64,000 nucleotides of DNA from assembly GCA_963693365.1 (NCBI GenBank), contig CAVNZM010000004.1, positions 9,204,468 to 9,268,467 on the forward strand, given 5' to 3'. The DNA comes from Amoebidium appalachense (lineage: Eukaryota; Protista; Ichthyosporea). How positions within the stretch are numbered: the stretch's first letter is position 1; every line of letters starts with the position of its first letter. This document shows positions 1-10,226 of the stretch, piece after piece. The notes beneath the pieces are model-generated. The model was not told where the DNA came from and did no database searches. It saw nothing but the letters and a program-made list of their open reading frames with translations. The position numbers were made by a program, and so were the translations under genes.

Positions 1-180
1 CCGATGTTTACATTTCGAATATGGAATTCGGCTGTTAGCGGGCACGGTGTAGCCTACACCGTTCACTTCGCCACATGTACACAAACTTACACGAAATCAA
101 GTGTTTTCATACTCTGGCACACTCTTACATTCTCAGGTGTAGCACACAGCAACTGTACGCATAGGCGTGTGGTTGTTCAG

Positions 181-2415
181 ATGCACGCAAAGGTGTCTTG
201 CAGATGGGGCCGCCGCCGCTTTCTCCTTATCCTATTCCCCGTGGTTTTGTACTTCCTTCTTCGCACCACACACTTCAAACACAACACTTACCAGCTAGCA
301 CTAAGGCCACATGACGCTAGATGTGAGGGATTTTCATGCAGCAATTGTGATCCTCAACCACACACCTATTTGAAGTGTATAGATGGTGTTTGGCGAAAAG
401 ACTGCACGATAGCAGACCTGTGCACCTCTGGAGATGCACCCTTTCCCAACCAAACCACATACCCAAAAAAGGAGGATTTCGAAGCATTTGCACCCTACGG
501 GCCACTTGTAGGGAGAAATGCAGCCTCTCCCTCACATGAGAACTCGAAGTTGGCCGTGGTGTTCGTCGTGGACGGATCTAACGTTCGTGATGCAGTTGAA
601 TCTGTAAGGAAATGGGGGCAGGATGGGAGTCGGCCGTGTGAAATCGGGCAGCAGAGGCAACAAGCGGAGTTGGTGTTTTTCGGAGAGGCAAAACATGCGC
701 AAAGAGCCTACCAGGAGTATGCCCAGGTAGATGGATTATCCTCCTGTTTCACACGTGTACAACTTCTAAGCGAAAAACGCTCTTCAATTCCCACATTACT
801 GCAGCTGTTTGAGGTGCACGGGACGAATGGTTTCAAGCCGGATTTCGTTTTCATATTGGACCCTTCAGTCACCCCGGTTCGGAACGGCTGGCTAAAGAAG
901 GTTAAGGAGGAAACACACGATGCCTCCTACTATTGGGTTAAGGGGACCATAAGACACCATGACAACACGCGGGAACTCAGATACTCGCACATTGGCAGTT
1001 ACGACCACACGTTTTTCGCGTTGCACCCGGCTGCAATTTACAACTTCTGGGATCCATATTTTCGTAATTTTACCGAACAAATCCATCAGAAGGAAAAGTG
1101 GTCGGGGCCATGGTTTGCAAGTAGGCAGCAGAGAGACGTGTGGTTTAGCGGCCAAATAGCGGAGTATGTTTGGGGAAACCATAATCACGTAAAGCTTTTC
1201 TTGAATTTTTTCGTCTATAGCAACTTTCTACTCAACGAACCACGGCCTTTTCTTCGCCACGCACTATCGCCAAACACGTTTTTTGTGGTCAACCTTATGC
1301 TTGAGTCTGAGTGCAGCACGGGCACTAGCCCATCGGGCAAGGTCTGTGATTTCCAAATGTCGTATTCCGAAAACAAAAACCCCGGAATCACGAAAGAAAA
1401 CCGGAGACCTACGGAGCCACGACTAGCCATCGTTATGCCATACACAACCAAGCAAGTGACTTTCGCCGTTCTAGCCGTCGGTTTTTGGCACAAGAAGTGG
1501 CCATGTAGCGAAAAAACGAAAGGAAAACCGGATTTAATTCTCCAGGGGCCCTCCGTGATGAATAATCGTTTGCTGGGCACCATCACGCGTTTTGCCCCCG
1601 TTTCGCAGTGTTTTCGTCGCGTTTTTTGGCGAAACAGCACCCTTCCCCCCGAAATTGACACGTACGAGTATGGCCCCCCTGTGCTGTTTTTCGATATGAT
1701 GTCGTCTGATTTAAGGCACGAATATGACTATGTGTATATGATGGAGCCCGACACGAGCCCCTTAACCGGACAGTGGCTGGATAGGGTATATGCGGAGCTG
1801 GAGGATTCAAGTCCATTTTGGGTTAAGGGTAACATCGGCGTGCATTTTGACGAGTCAGACGCCGTTGGGGGGACCTATTTTATGGGAAAACCCGGAGAGC
1901 CCTTACCGTTTCAGCCGATCGGGCCGCGTATTTTGCATATTAATGGTAATGGTATATACAATTTATGGGATGATGAATTTGCTCTGTTTTTACAGAATTT
2001 TGCTTATGCTTTTCGTGGGCGGTTGAATTCGGCAGGAACACACCAGCTTAGTTTTGAGCGGAAGGATAGAGTCACTTGTAGAAGGGCGAATATCTTTGGA
2101 CGGGGGGTTCCTGAGTGTTTGGGGTCTTTTGACACTTCTCTGGCGGATTTCTTGTTCTATTCCCGTCGTAGAATACGGGCACATTTACACTTGTATAGGT
2201 GGGCTTCTTTCTTTATTAACAACTATAGGCCAAAGTATTTGCAAACAGAAGGGTTGCCCGGGGATGCGGTTTTTCTACACAAACTGCTTGTCATGTGCGA
2301 ATTTCAGGATGTGCATTGGGATGAGTGCCGTAAGTGGGATATTCCTGTTGGTATGGGTGAGTTGATGGGGTTGGTTGACTCGGTAGGGTATACGCGTGGA
2401 ATGAATGATACATGA
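181..2415 (+). CDS. Intronless type II membrane protein with two tandem copies of an uncharacterised glycosyltransferase-like domain
   Basis: Open frame 4..2415. The likely start is ATG 181 (MHAKVSCRWGRRR followed by hydrophobic FLLILFPVVLYFLL, a basic tail plus signal anchor). Internal repeat: FVFILDPSVTPVRNGWL..YYWVKG..LHPAAIYNFWD versus YVYMMEPDTSPLTGQWL..FWVKG..HINGNGIYNLWD. The function is inferred from the DxD-like EPD motif and the topology. Confidence 0.75.
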   Translation: MHAKVSCRWGRRRFLLILFPVVLYFLLRTTHFKHNTYQLALRPHDARCEGFSCSNCDPQPHTYLKCIDGVWRKDCTIADLCTSGDAPFPNQTTYPKKEDFEAFAPYGPLVGRNAASPSHENSKLAVVFVVDGSNVRDAVESVRKWGQDGSRPCEIGQQRQQAELVFFGEAKHAQRAYQEYAQVDGLSSCFTRVQLLSEKRSSIPTLLQLFEVHGTNGFKPDFVFILDPSVTPVRNGWLKKVKEETHDASYYWVKGTIRHHDNTRELRYSHIGSYDHTFFALHPAAIYNFWDPYFRNFTEQIHQKEKWSGPWFASRQQRDVWFSGQIAEYVWGNHNHVKLFLNFFVYSNFLLNEPRPFLRHALSPNTFFVVNLMLESECSTGTSPSGKVCDFQMSYSENKNPGITKENRRPTEPRLAIVMPYTTKQVTFAVLAVGFWHKKWPCSEKTKGKPDLILQGPSVMNNRLLGTITRFAPVSQCFRRVFWRNSTLPPEIDTYEYGPPVLFFDMMSSDLRHEYDYVYMMEPDTSPLTGQWLDRVYAELEDSSPFWVKGNIGVHFDESDAVGGTYFMGKPGEPLPFQPIGPRILHINGNGIYNLWDDEFALFLQNFAYAFRGRLNSAGTHQLSFERKDRVTCRRANIFGRGVPECLGSFDTSLADFLFYSRRRIRAHLHLYRWASFFINNYRPKYLQTEGLPGDAVFLHKLLVMCEFQDVHWDECRKWDIPVGMGELMGLVDSVGYTRGMNDT

Positions 2416-2718
2416 ATGTATGGCAATTCTATGAAAAAACATTAATTAACTGTTAGTGTCATAGGTGATAGTTTGTAAATATTGAAAGTTCACGTGGTTG
2501 TGAAGCCCACATGAGTATAGTACCTACCGGCCCGTAGTTGTAAATGTTCTTGTATATTCCGTAAATTTGATAAATTAGTGTGTTGACTAGTAAAGGTGGT
2601 GTACGTGTCAGGGGCATGAAAGATGCACAAGCCTGAGTGTTCGAATTTGATGCACGGTTGCAATAACCAGTAGATGTATGGTAATTTGTCTCTTCCTCCA
2701 AGAGCCTCCCCCCCCCCC

Positions 2719-2749
<31 letters not shown>

Positions 2750-2869
2750 ACACAACCACACAACCGACCCCCCCCCCCCCCCCCCCCCCCTCCCCCCATA
2801 CCTCCAACAAACAAAAACATATACTTGATTGAATAAAGGAAAATCACACATACCCCTCCCCCCCCCCCC

Positions 2870-2908
<39 letters not shown>

Positions 2909-3046
2909 CCTGAGGGGAAAAACAATCACACACACAGCTGCACACACAAGCGCGTGCGCGCGCACACACACACACATGTACACGCACATGCGCGCCAACT
3001 TTATAGCACCGTTGCAATAGCCAGTAGATATATGGTAACTTTGCCC

Positions 3047-3084
<38 letters not shown>

Positions 3085-3687
3085 TTAAGCTTCTCCTCCA
3101 GATCTATAGGTCCGTATGACGGAGGCCCCTATGTAGGTATAGGGAGACCGCTCACAGCAACCGCTAAAAAACCAATATTTGATGATTAGCCACCAAAATA
3201 TGAACATAAACCCAATAACCCTGTGTGTGTCTGGGCCCTAAATGGGGGGCCTGCGCCTCCCCTCCCCACACCCGGCTATGAGGGTCTGACGGCCTCTTTG
3301 TGACTTTCGCGCGCGGGGCCGGATCAAACCGTTCACCCCTGAGTTTACGTCACCGGAAGGTGTTTTGTCCAATCAGGTGCGAGTGAGCGCCGGGTCCGTC
3401 ATCGTCACGGAACCACCGTGACTGTGCCTCTCCCCCTCAGAGAAACTTTACAAAAATCACCAAAATCACATATATACCCCCCCCCCTCCCTACAGCGTGT
3501 GTGTGTGCGTGTGTGTGTGCGTGCGTGAGTGCGTGCGTGAGTGCGTGCGCGCGTGCCCCAGGTGGGGAGGTGGGGGGGGAGGGGGGGAGGGGGGGGGGGG
3601 GGGGGGAGGGAGGGAGGATCACACGCGCACACGCACACACCAAAGTGCCCAACCACATCGGCTGAGAGCTGAATCAACTTGCCCCGC

Positions 3688-4030
3688 GCAGAATTATTAT
3701 TCCAAAAGCAGAATTATTCTGCAAAAAGCAGTATTATTCTGCTAAAAGCAGAATGATTCTGCTAAAAGCAGCATGGTTCTGCTAAAAGCAGAATTACCCA
3801 GCAAAAGCAGAAATATTCTGCAAAAGCAGAATCAATCTTCTAAAAGCAGAATCATTCTGCTGTCGAAAGCAGGATAATTCTGATTTTGGGAATTATTCTG
3901 CTGAATAAATCTGCTAAAAGCAGCGTGATTCTGCTTTTGCTTTTTGCAGAGCGATTCTGCTTTTGCAGAAAATTCTGCTTTTTGCAGAAATAATTCTGCT
4001 TTTTTGCAGAATAGTTCTGTTTTTGCGTAA
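3688..4030. repeat. Array of ~19-20 bp self-complementary units (AAAAGCAGAATTATTCTGC-like) whose orientation flips near 3915; possible foldback or TIR-element relic
   Basis: Units read AAAAGCAGAAT...TTCTGC on the left and GCAGAA...TTCTGCTTTT on the right. Confidence 0.7.
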
Positions 4031-4254
4031 TAATCTATTTTTTGTAGGTTGACTCTGCCCGGCCTTGAGCCCTGTGTGTGTGCGGGTGCATGCGGATGTC
4101 ATGGCGTATTTGTGTGTGTGTGCACGTGCACGTGTATCTGTGTGTGTGGGTGTGTGGGCGCATGGGCAGTGTGCGTGGGCCGAGCCCTGTGTATTCGTGT
4201 AGATGAGCAGGTTAAATGAGAAACCGCATAGTAGCCAGGGGTGCGCATGTGTGC

Positions 4255-4285
<31 letters not shown>

Positions 4286-4383
4286 TGTGTCTATGTGTGT
4301 GTGTGCGCGCGCGCATGTGTCTGTGTGTGTGTGTGTGTTTGTGTGTGTGTGCGTGTGTGCGTGTGTGCTTGCGTGTGTATGTG

Positions 4384-4428
<45 letters not shown>

Positions 4429-5014
4429 GTTGGCGATGCATAGGTGCGTGTGTGTGCGTCAGAAAGAGAGGAAGTAGGGGGATATTAGAGCCTTGGGGAT
4501 GTGTGCCTTTGGGTGGGAAGGGGAGCGAAAGAGAACATAAAGGTGTGTTTGTGTGTGTGCGCGCATGTGTGTCTGTGCGTGTCTGTGTGTGTATGCAGGC
4601 GTGTGCAAATGTGCGCGCCCTGCACGTGCGTAACACGTGCGCACGAGGTGTGCATTCGATGTAGGCCATGCAGCTGCCACATTCTGTGCGCGTGTGTGTG
4701 TGTACGCGCACACGCGCGTGTGCGCGCGAGTGTGTGTGTGTGTGTGTGTGTGTGCGTGTGTGTGTGTCTGTGTGTGTGTGTGCGTGTGCGTGTGTGTGTG
4801 CGTGCATGCATGCGTGCACTTAGGGTATGCGTATGTTTGCCAGTGTGTCATGTGGCAGATAATCCGGTCATATCCATTCTGATATTCGAAGGTGTGTAAT
4901 CAGAAGATATGAAAAACGACGCTGACCAGCAGCTACTCTATATATCAAACAGGCAAACTTTAAATTTTAAAAACTTATGCTGCGATAGCACACGTACAGT
5001 TTAAGTTATACATA

Positions 5015-6769
5015 TCAATTTACATAGACCCGACATATGCACTGATAAGAGGCACCCTCTACAACCCTCCACGTGTTTAACTCTACAGGTAACGTATCAT
5101 TACAGCAGTTCCCACAACTCCAAAAATCACCGCGCCAGGTGCAATTCTGCACGCTGTCTGCTGGTCTTTGGCCTCCCGGGGTGACAAACCCATACCTTTC
5201 CCATAGACCCCAGCTATTCTGGAAGTAATGCCACGAGGGCTGGAGGTGCTGAACTAAAGCAGCTGCTACAGGATCTGACCAATTAACAAACATGTTTTTC
5301 AAATCCTCGAGCACGATAACATCGCTGGGTGAATTCTTAACAACCACGCTGATCTCATCAACGCTTCGAAAAGTCAATGACGAATTCGCTGTTGTTTCCT
5401 CTAACGAAGCATCTCCATGGATCGAAAATTGCGTCATGTTCAGCTCCGTGGAAGGTAGGAGCCCCAAGAAACGATGAGGAAGTAGTTTCGATTGAATGTC
5501 GAAAACTTGGGCAAGTGTGTCGGTGTTATAAAAAAGAAGAAGTGCACACTCGTTCCTTGTTAAATTCATGTGCTTGCGATCCGGGTGAAGGCTGCAGTCG
5601 AAAGGTGGGGTAATTACGGTCCTACCTGTCATAGTTCCCAACACAAGAGCTTTCAAGAAAAGCTCCCGTTGCCTTCTTACGGATCCCGACCAATCTTGCG
5701 TGTATGTCAGTGCGGGTAATGCATTTCGAAGTCGCTGTAAGTCAGAAAAGGATCTTTCGAAACCAAGAGTTAACATGCTATAGCCCTTGTACAGAGCGAC
5801 ATGAACTATAGCCGGCGCAGAGCTGTAGTTACGCAAAACGTTCCCCTCGAAGGCAAACACACGTGGGTGAAGTAGCCTAGATGTCGGCCAACTTCGGAAG
5901 GAATAGGACGATTGGTAAACATCACATATTCTAGCCGCCTCTCCCGGATCAAAATCATCCTTCTGCTGGTCTACAGAACTTGCACTCTCTAAAACCTTGC
6001 CGCCCCGTACCAGGCTATTCAATATTCCCTGCCCGAAAGAACTTGGCTCGTCAAGGAGAGCTCTTAGCCACGTGTTGAGAACTCGTGAGGCAATGCACGG
6101 ACGGTCGCTACAACGAGCATACCACAAACCCGCATTGATGTTTGGGTCACCATAGTGTAAGGGCCCGGAATGCACGTCACTGAGGAACTCGAAATCGGAA
6201 TCTTTGCACAAAAACTCGAACGGATTCTTAACGATGAAAGCGTCAGCATCACACACGAGTACATTATAACCGAGGGAGAGTGCGCTTGAAGAAAAATGCG
6301 CTTTCAGAGCGTCACACTGGTGGTATCTATCTGTATGAAAGTAGTCTTGGAACCAATGCCCAGCAGGAATCGATGTAATGTTGTTCCGACGAAAGGCTTC
6401 TTCTGCGATTTTGTCAAGGTGTAGACCTATAACGTGCTTTTGTAGCTCAGGGCTGTGTGCCTGCAGAGTCTTAACCCAACTGTCTAGTGTAGAAATGAAT
6501 CCTGCATCTGCTATTGTCATAATAACATTCTTTTCTCCGTCAGCATGATTTCGAAGGATGGACTCAAAGTTTTCAGGAACAAACGAAGGAGGTAGCACGG
6601 TTCCCACTAAGGGCAGTGTGTCAAACGCTAAGTATATGGAATAAGGCTTTACAACAACTAGAATTGCAATAGATGTTAGAACTAGAGCTAAACCCACAAC
6701 AAGAATGCGTATTTTGGCTGCACGACCAAGTCTGGGCAGCTTGGAGCACGACGCCATGTGTGACAACAT
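5015..6769 (-). CDS. Nucleotide-diphospho-sugar transferase (GT77-like), type II membrane, intronless
   Basis: N-terminal TM ILVVGLALVLTSIAILVVV. Family-like motifs VIMTIADAGF..W, LGYNVLVCDAD (DxD), KNPF, NINAGLWYAR, GQGILN. First in-frame ATG is 6769 (alternative 6757). Confidence 0.85.
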   Translation of the reverse strand: MLSHMASCSKLPRLGRAAKIRILVVGLALVLTSIAILVVVKPYSIYLAFDTLPLVGTVLPPSFVPENFESILRNHADGEKNVIMTIADAGFISTLDSWVKTLQAHSPELQKHVIGLHLDKIAEEAFRRNNITSIPAGHWFQDYFHTDRYHQCDALKAHFSSSALSLGYNVLVCDADAFIVKNPFEFLCKDSDFEFLSDVHSGPLHYGDPNINAGLWYARCSDRPCIASRVLNTWLRALLDEPSSFGQGILNSLVRGGKVLESASSVDQQKDDFDPGEAARICDVYQSSYSFRSWPTSRLLHPRVFAFEGNVLRNYSSAPAIVHVALYKGYSMLTLGFERSFSDLQRLRNALPALTYTQDWSGSVRRQRELFLKALVLGTMTGRTVITPPFDCSLHPDRKHMNLTRNECALLLFYNTDTLAQVFDIQSKLLPHRFLGLLPSTELNMTQFSIHGDASLEETTANSSLTFRSVDEISVVVKNSPSDVIVLEDLKNMFVNWSDPVAAALVQHLQPSWHYFQNSWGLWERYGFVTPGGQRPADSVQNCTWRGDFWSCGNCCNDTLPVELNTWRVVEGASYQCICRVYVN

Positions 6770-7076
6770 CGCTGTAGTGATCACAGCATCATAGGTAATA
6801 CTATCCTAACTAGTTATTGTACCCTACATATGTACGATAGTTACATACTCTACACACACACACCAAGAAAAAATAAAAAACTGAGTGACTGCGCTTTGAC
6901 TTGCGCGCACACGTAGGCGTAGGGGGCCCCCCGGCAGATTCGGCCTTCTTCCACAACCGGGCCGTTTGGTTGGCTGGCGCGGGGCCGGGGTTACGTAAGG
7001 CGGTGGGGTCGGGGGGGGCCAGACCACGATATGGAGGTTTGGGGGGAGGCCTGCGCAGGGCCTTACGTAAGCCTTA

Positions 7077-8126
7077 GGGCCTGTTTGGCAACGCGGGTTA
7101 GTGTAATCTGGATTTCAGGGGATATCTGGATATCAAAATCGAGATCCAGATTATGCTGCAGAATCCGGATCTCAGCCGAAACCTGGGTTAAGCCGGGTAG
7201 ATAACCCATGGATGCCAAACAGCCCACGTACGATTTCGGGTTAGATTTGCTCTGCAGCTGTCACGCTGTTCATCACCGGTCGGTGACTTGCAATTGCAGA
7301 CCCGCTACACATATACACCATAGTGATAAGCAGTAATAAACCACGAAAGTGCTGAACTGTTCATGGAAACGACCGGCCATTCCATTCCATTGAGCCTTTT
7401 TAAGGCTCTTGCCTCCCGAATCAAGTTTCCTGAGTGAGAGGCTAAGAAAATCGTCTACAACGAACTTGCTTTCTTCTCCCGTAAATCTCATACGTGTCTT
7501 TTCAACCGCCTCAGTCGACGGTTTGGCTGACTGTGGGGGACTGTCACTCTGTGATTCGATGTTGAGGTTTGCAGGCATCTTGTCGGTTCAAACAAGATTA
7601 TCTACAAGTGTACTGTGCTACTGGAAGACTCGGGCTGGACGGCCGCAGAGGGTAGGAAAAGAATGAGAAGTGAGGTGCGTGTCTGTTTTTAAAACGTTCC
7701 CCACGTGCAAGTCCGTGCGTTGGTGCAGGTGTCGCAGTTCAAGGCACAGCTGTCGCAGCCCACTCAGTATCCACATGCTGCCAGCAACGGAAGTTTGGTT
7801 TGGCGCCCTTTCAACAATCCTTTTTTGGCCACTTCAAACTATCGACGATTGGTGCAAAAGGACACCATATATAGTTCCATAAAATGAACATTCATTGGGT
7901 CGGACATTCAGGACCTGAAAGGATTTCGCGCTAATCCACCTCCCGAGGTGGATTAGTGGAATCCAGATTACGGCCATGTCCGAGGGGTTTGAAACCCAGA
8001 TTTACGTGACCGGATCTGGCCGTCTGTTTGGCAGCGGCTGGATTTTGAGATTTGGATTTAGCGCTAAACCCAAAATCGCCCGTAATCCGGATTTAGGACC
8101 CTAAACCCGGGTTGCCAAACAGGCCC
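7077..8126 (-). mobile_element. Non-autonomous PIF/Harbinger DNA transposon (1050 bp) nested in the left Replitron
   Basis: Perfect 16-bp TIRs GGGCCTGTTTGGCAAC, and TTA TSD at 7074-7076 and 8127-8129. The sister arm (~17080-17095) shows the empty site with a single TTA. It retains a Myb/SANT-like ORF fragment. Confidence 0.93.
7273..7578 (-). pseudogene. Fragment of the Harbinger Myb/SANT-like DNA-binding protein
   Basis: RMRFTGEESKFVVD...DSGGKSLKKAQWNGMAGRFHEQF resembles the Myb/SANT pattern of Harbinger accessory proteins and lies inside the TIRs. Confidence 0.6.
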
Positions 8127-8524
8127 TTACGTAGGGCGGTCAGGCGGCGGCGGGCGCTAGGTAGAGCACGATACGGAAGGCGTGGGTCTGGGGAGGTTTA
8201 TGTGGCGAATCGGGTTGCGCGGTTGTGAAACTTGCGCTAATGACGTCGTCAGTAGGGGACCAGTCAGATTCTTCGGTCGTGGAAGTTGCAGAAGTGGCCT
8301 CGTGAGCCGTGATAGTGAACCAGTCGGAGGGCCCGGTTGTGAAAGTTAGCTAATGAGCGTTAATTACACCTGTAGCTTGCACAACCGGGCGATACCATTG
8401 GGTAGTGGTTTGAAGTTGTATAATTGGATAAAAACCATTCAATTCTTTTGGCGGGTATATATAAACGTAGATCTGGCGGTAGTATATAATGCAGCAACAC
8501 GATATTTGACGCTCAGTTTTTACA

Positions 8525-9625
8525 ATGCCGCCGAAGCGAAGCAGAGCAAAGCAGAAGAAAGTTGTACAGCCTCCTTGTGGTACCAGTGAATATGCAGTTG
8601 CGAGCATAAGCCTGAACATAACCAATGCGGGTGGGAATGTGCCCGCAGTGTGGTACGATCATGCGTGTAATTTTGCGAGGCAATTTGCTGTGAAGGGAGC
8701 TACTGCGTTGGAGCGGGGGAAAAGTGCGGGTAATTTGCATGTTCAGGCTGTGTGGAAAATTCGGATCCCTGGTGGCAGGAAAGGTGTTAGTACTCTGAAG
8801 AAAGAGTTGAAGAGTTATATTAATCCGCCAGAGGATGATGAAAATATTTCAATGCGGATAAGTGCCAAGCGATTGAATGAGACAGGCGGGCAAACATTTG
8901 AGCAGATGATCGCCTATGTTGCGAAAGATACGGGAGATCCAGATTTCAGATTGTTTCTGTTGGACGTGTCAGATGACGAAGTGAATCGCGCCAATGCAAA
9001 ATATGCAATCCACAAGAAAGATTGGACAGAAGGGAAGCAGATCATTTCCAGGAAATCTATCTTGAAACTTGCGTATGGGTTCTATCATTACTATATGTGG
9101 CCGGTCCAGTGCCCGCCATTGCCAGAAGTTCTATGGCTCATGCTGCAGTCTGGTCGATTCGCTGTCAGTGGAGAAATGATGACAGCTGGGTATGGAAAAG
9201 CATTTGATGCCGAGAGGTTGGGAATTTTGGGATGGCAAACCATCCACCGTCCATACACAGTAACGAGGGAAGATGTGGTTCGGATGTTTTTTGATCATGG
9301 GGGGTCGCAGTGCGTATACTATGCGTATGAGTCCTTGTTGGAAGCGGCGAGAAACACACATGGAACTTATCGGGACGTCATGAGGTACTGTGCCGACGTT
9401 CGGAGACAGAGAAAAATGGATGTGGTTCAGGACACGCAATGGATACCGCCAAGTGATATCACGGCGAAGTATCGTTATCGTTTTGGACCGGGCGTGCACT
9501 ATCATCCTCACGATTGCCAGCAACAGGAGGATTTTGTAGAACGAGATGGACATATTTTCGCCAACGTGCAAGAAGACTCTGGGAGTGAACCAATGGATTG
9601 GTCAGACAACGATCACGAACAGTGA
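8525..9625 (+). CDS. Replitron transposase (HUH Rep endonuclease, single catalytic Tyr, no helicase), 366 aa
   Basis: RCR motif I-like ISLNIT, motif II ALERGKSAGNLHVQAV (HUQ), motif III QTFEQMIAYVAKD (YxxK), and a downstream LWLMLQSGRF segment as I recall from Replitron C-domains. N-terminal NLS-like PPKRSRAKQKK. No Walker A motif. Confidence 0.88.
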   Translation: MPPKRSRAKQKKVVQPPCGTSEYAVASISLNITNAGGNVPAVWYDHACNFARQFAVKGATALERGKSAGNLHVQAVWKIRIPGGRKGVSTLKKELKSYINPPEDDENISMRISAKRLNETGGQTFEQMIAYVAKDTGDPDFRLFLLDVSDDEVNRANAKYAIHKKDWTEGKQIISRKSILKLAYGFYHYYMWPVQCPPLPEVLWLMLQSGRFAVSGEMMTAGYGKAFDAERLGILGWQTIHRPYTVTREDVVRMFFDHGGSQCVYYAYESLLEAARNTHGTYRDVMRYCADVRRQRKMDVVQDTQWIPPSDITAKYRYRFGPGVHYHPHDCQQQEDFVERDGHIFANVQEDSGSEPMDWSDNDHEQ

Positions 9626-9735
9626 CACATTTGTTAACAATTGCATGCGTAGTAGGCATTAGTTATACTGATAACATTAGAACGTGTTTTCAGACTTTTT
9701 GGCAGGCAGCTGATGTATTGATCCGGTGTTGTACG

Positions 9736-10215
9736 TGTAAACAGTTGGACTAGTTAGGATAAGGCAGAGTACAACTGAATCAAAATAAAGACAGAGAACG
9801 GGTAGAAAGGCACACGCGGCCAGGTTGCTTTTACTATGGGCCGACTCAGTCTGTCTCAGACTTCACTGATGTGATCCCCGTACTGGGACGGCTTTCTTAT
9901 ATAGCCCCCAGGTTTCGGATCAAGGCCCAGGATTGGTTCATCCGCGGCCAGCGCGGGTGGCATCATGCCATTCGTGATTCTGGTGCGGTCCGAGCCAGTC
10001 AGACCTTTGTCCTATTTATGCAAACCTCTTATTGGTTCACTTCGTTTATGTGGTATGCAGCTGAAGAACCATATATGGTTCAATTCTTAGGTCAGAGTGA
10101 GTCCTATTGGTGCGGACATAATATTTATGTGATATTCATGACAAAGCACGAATCGTGTGGTAGTAGATCACATTCTTTAGTAAACATGTACAGTTCAGGT
10201 GTACAGTTGTTTACA
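9736..10215 (-). repeat. 3' LTR (480 bp)
   Basis: Direct repeat of 12822-13301 with 3 substitutions seen by eye. TG..CA ends. TATA-like CTATATAA on the minus strand near 9897-9904. Confidence 0.95.
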
Positions 10216-10226
10216 CTCCCCCCCTT
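10216..10226 (-). promoter_or_regulatory. Polypurine tract of the LTR element
   Basis: Minus strand reads AAG(n)AG and abuts the 3' LTR. Confidence 0.85.

Noticed and set aside
8525-9625. Helitron or endogenous CRESS-DNA virus
   Set aside because: No helicase or Walker A motif, no capsid ORF, a single YxxK, and no TC..CTRR ends.
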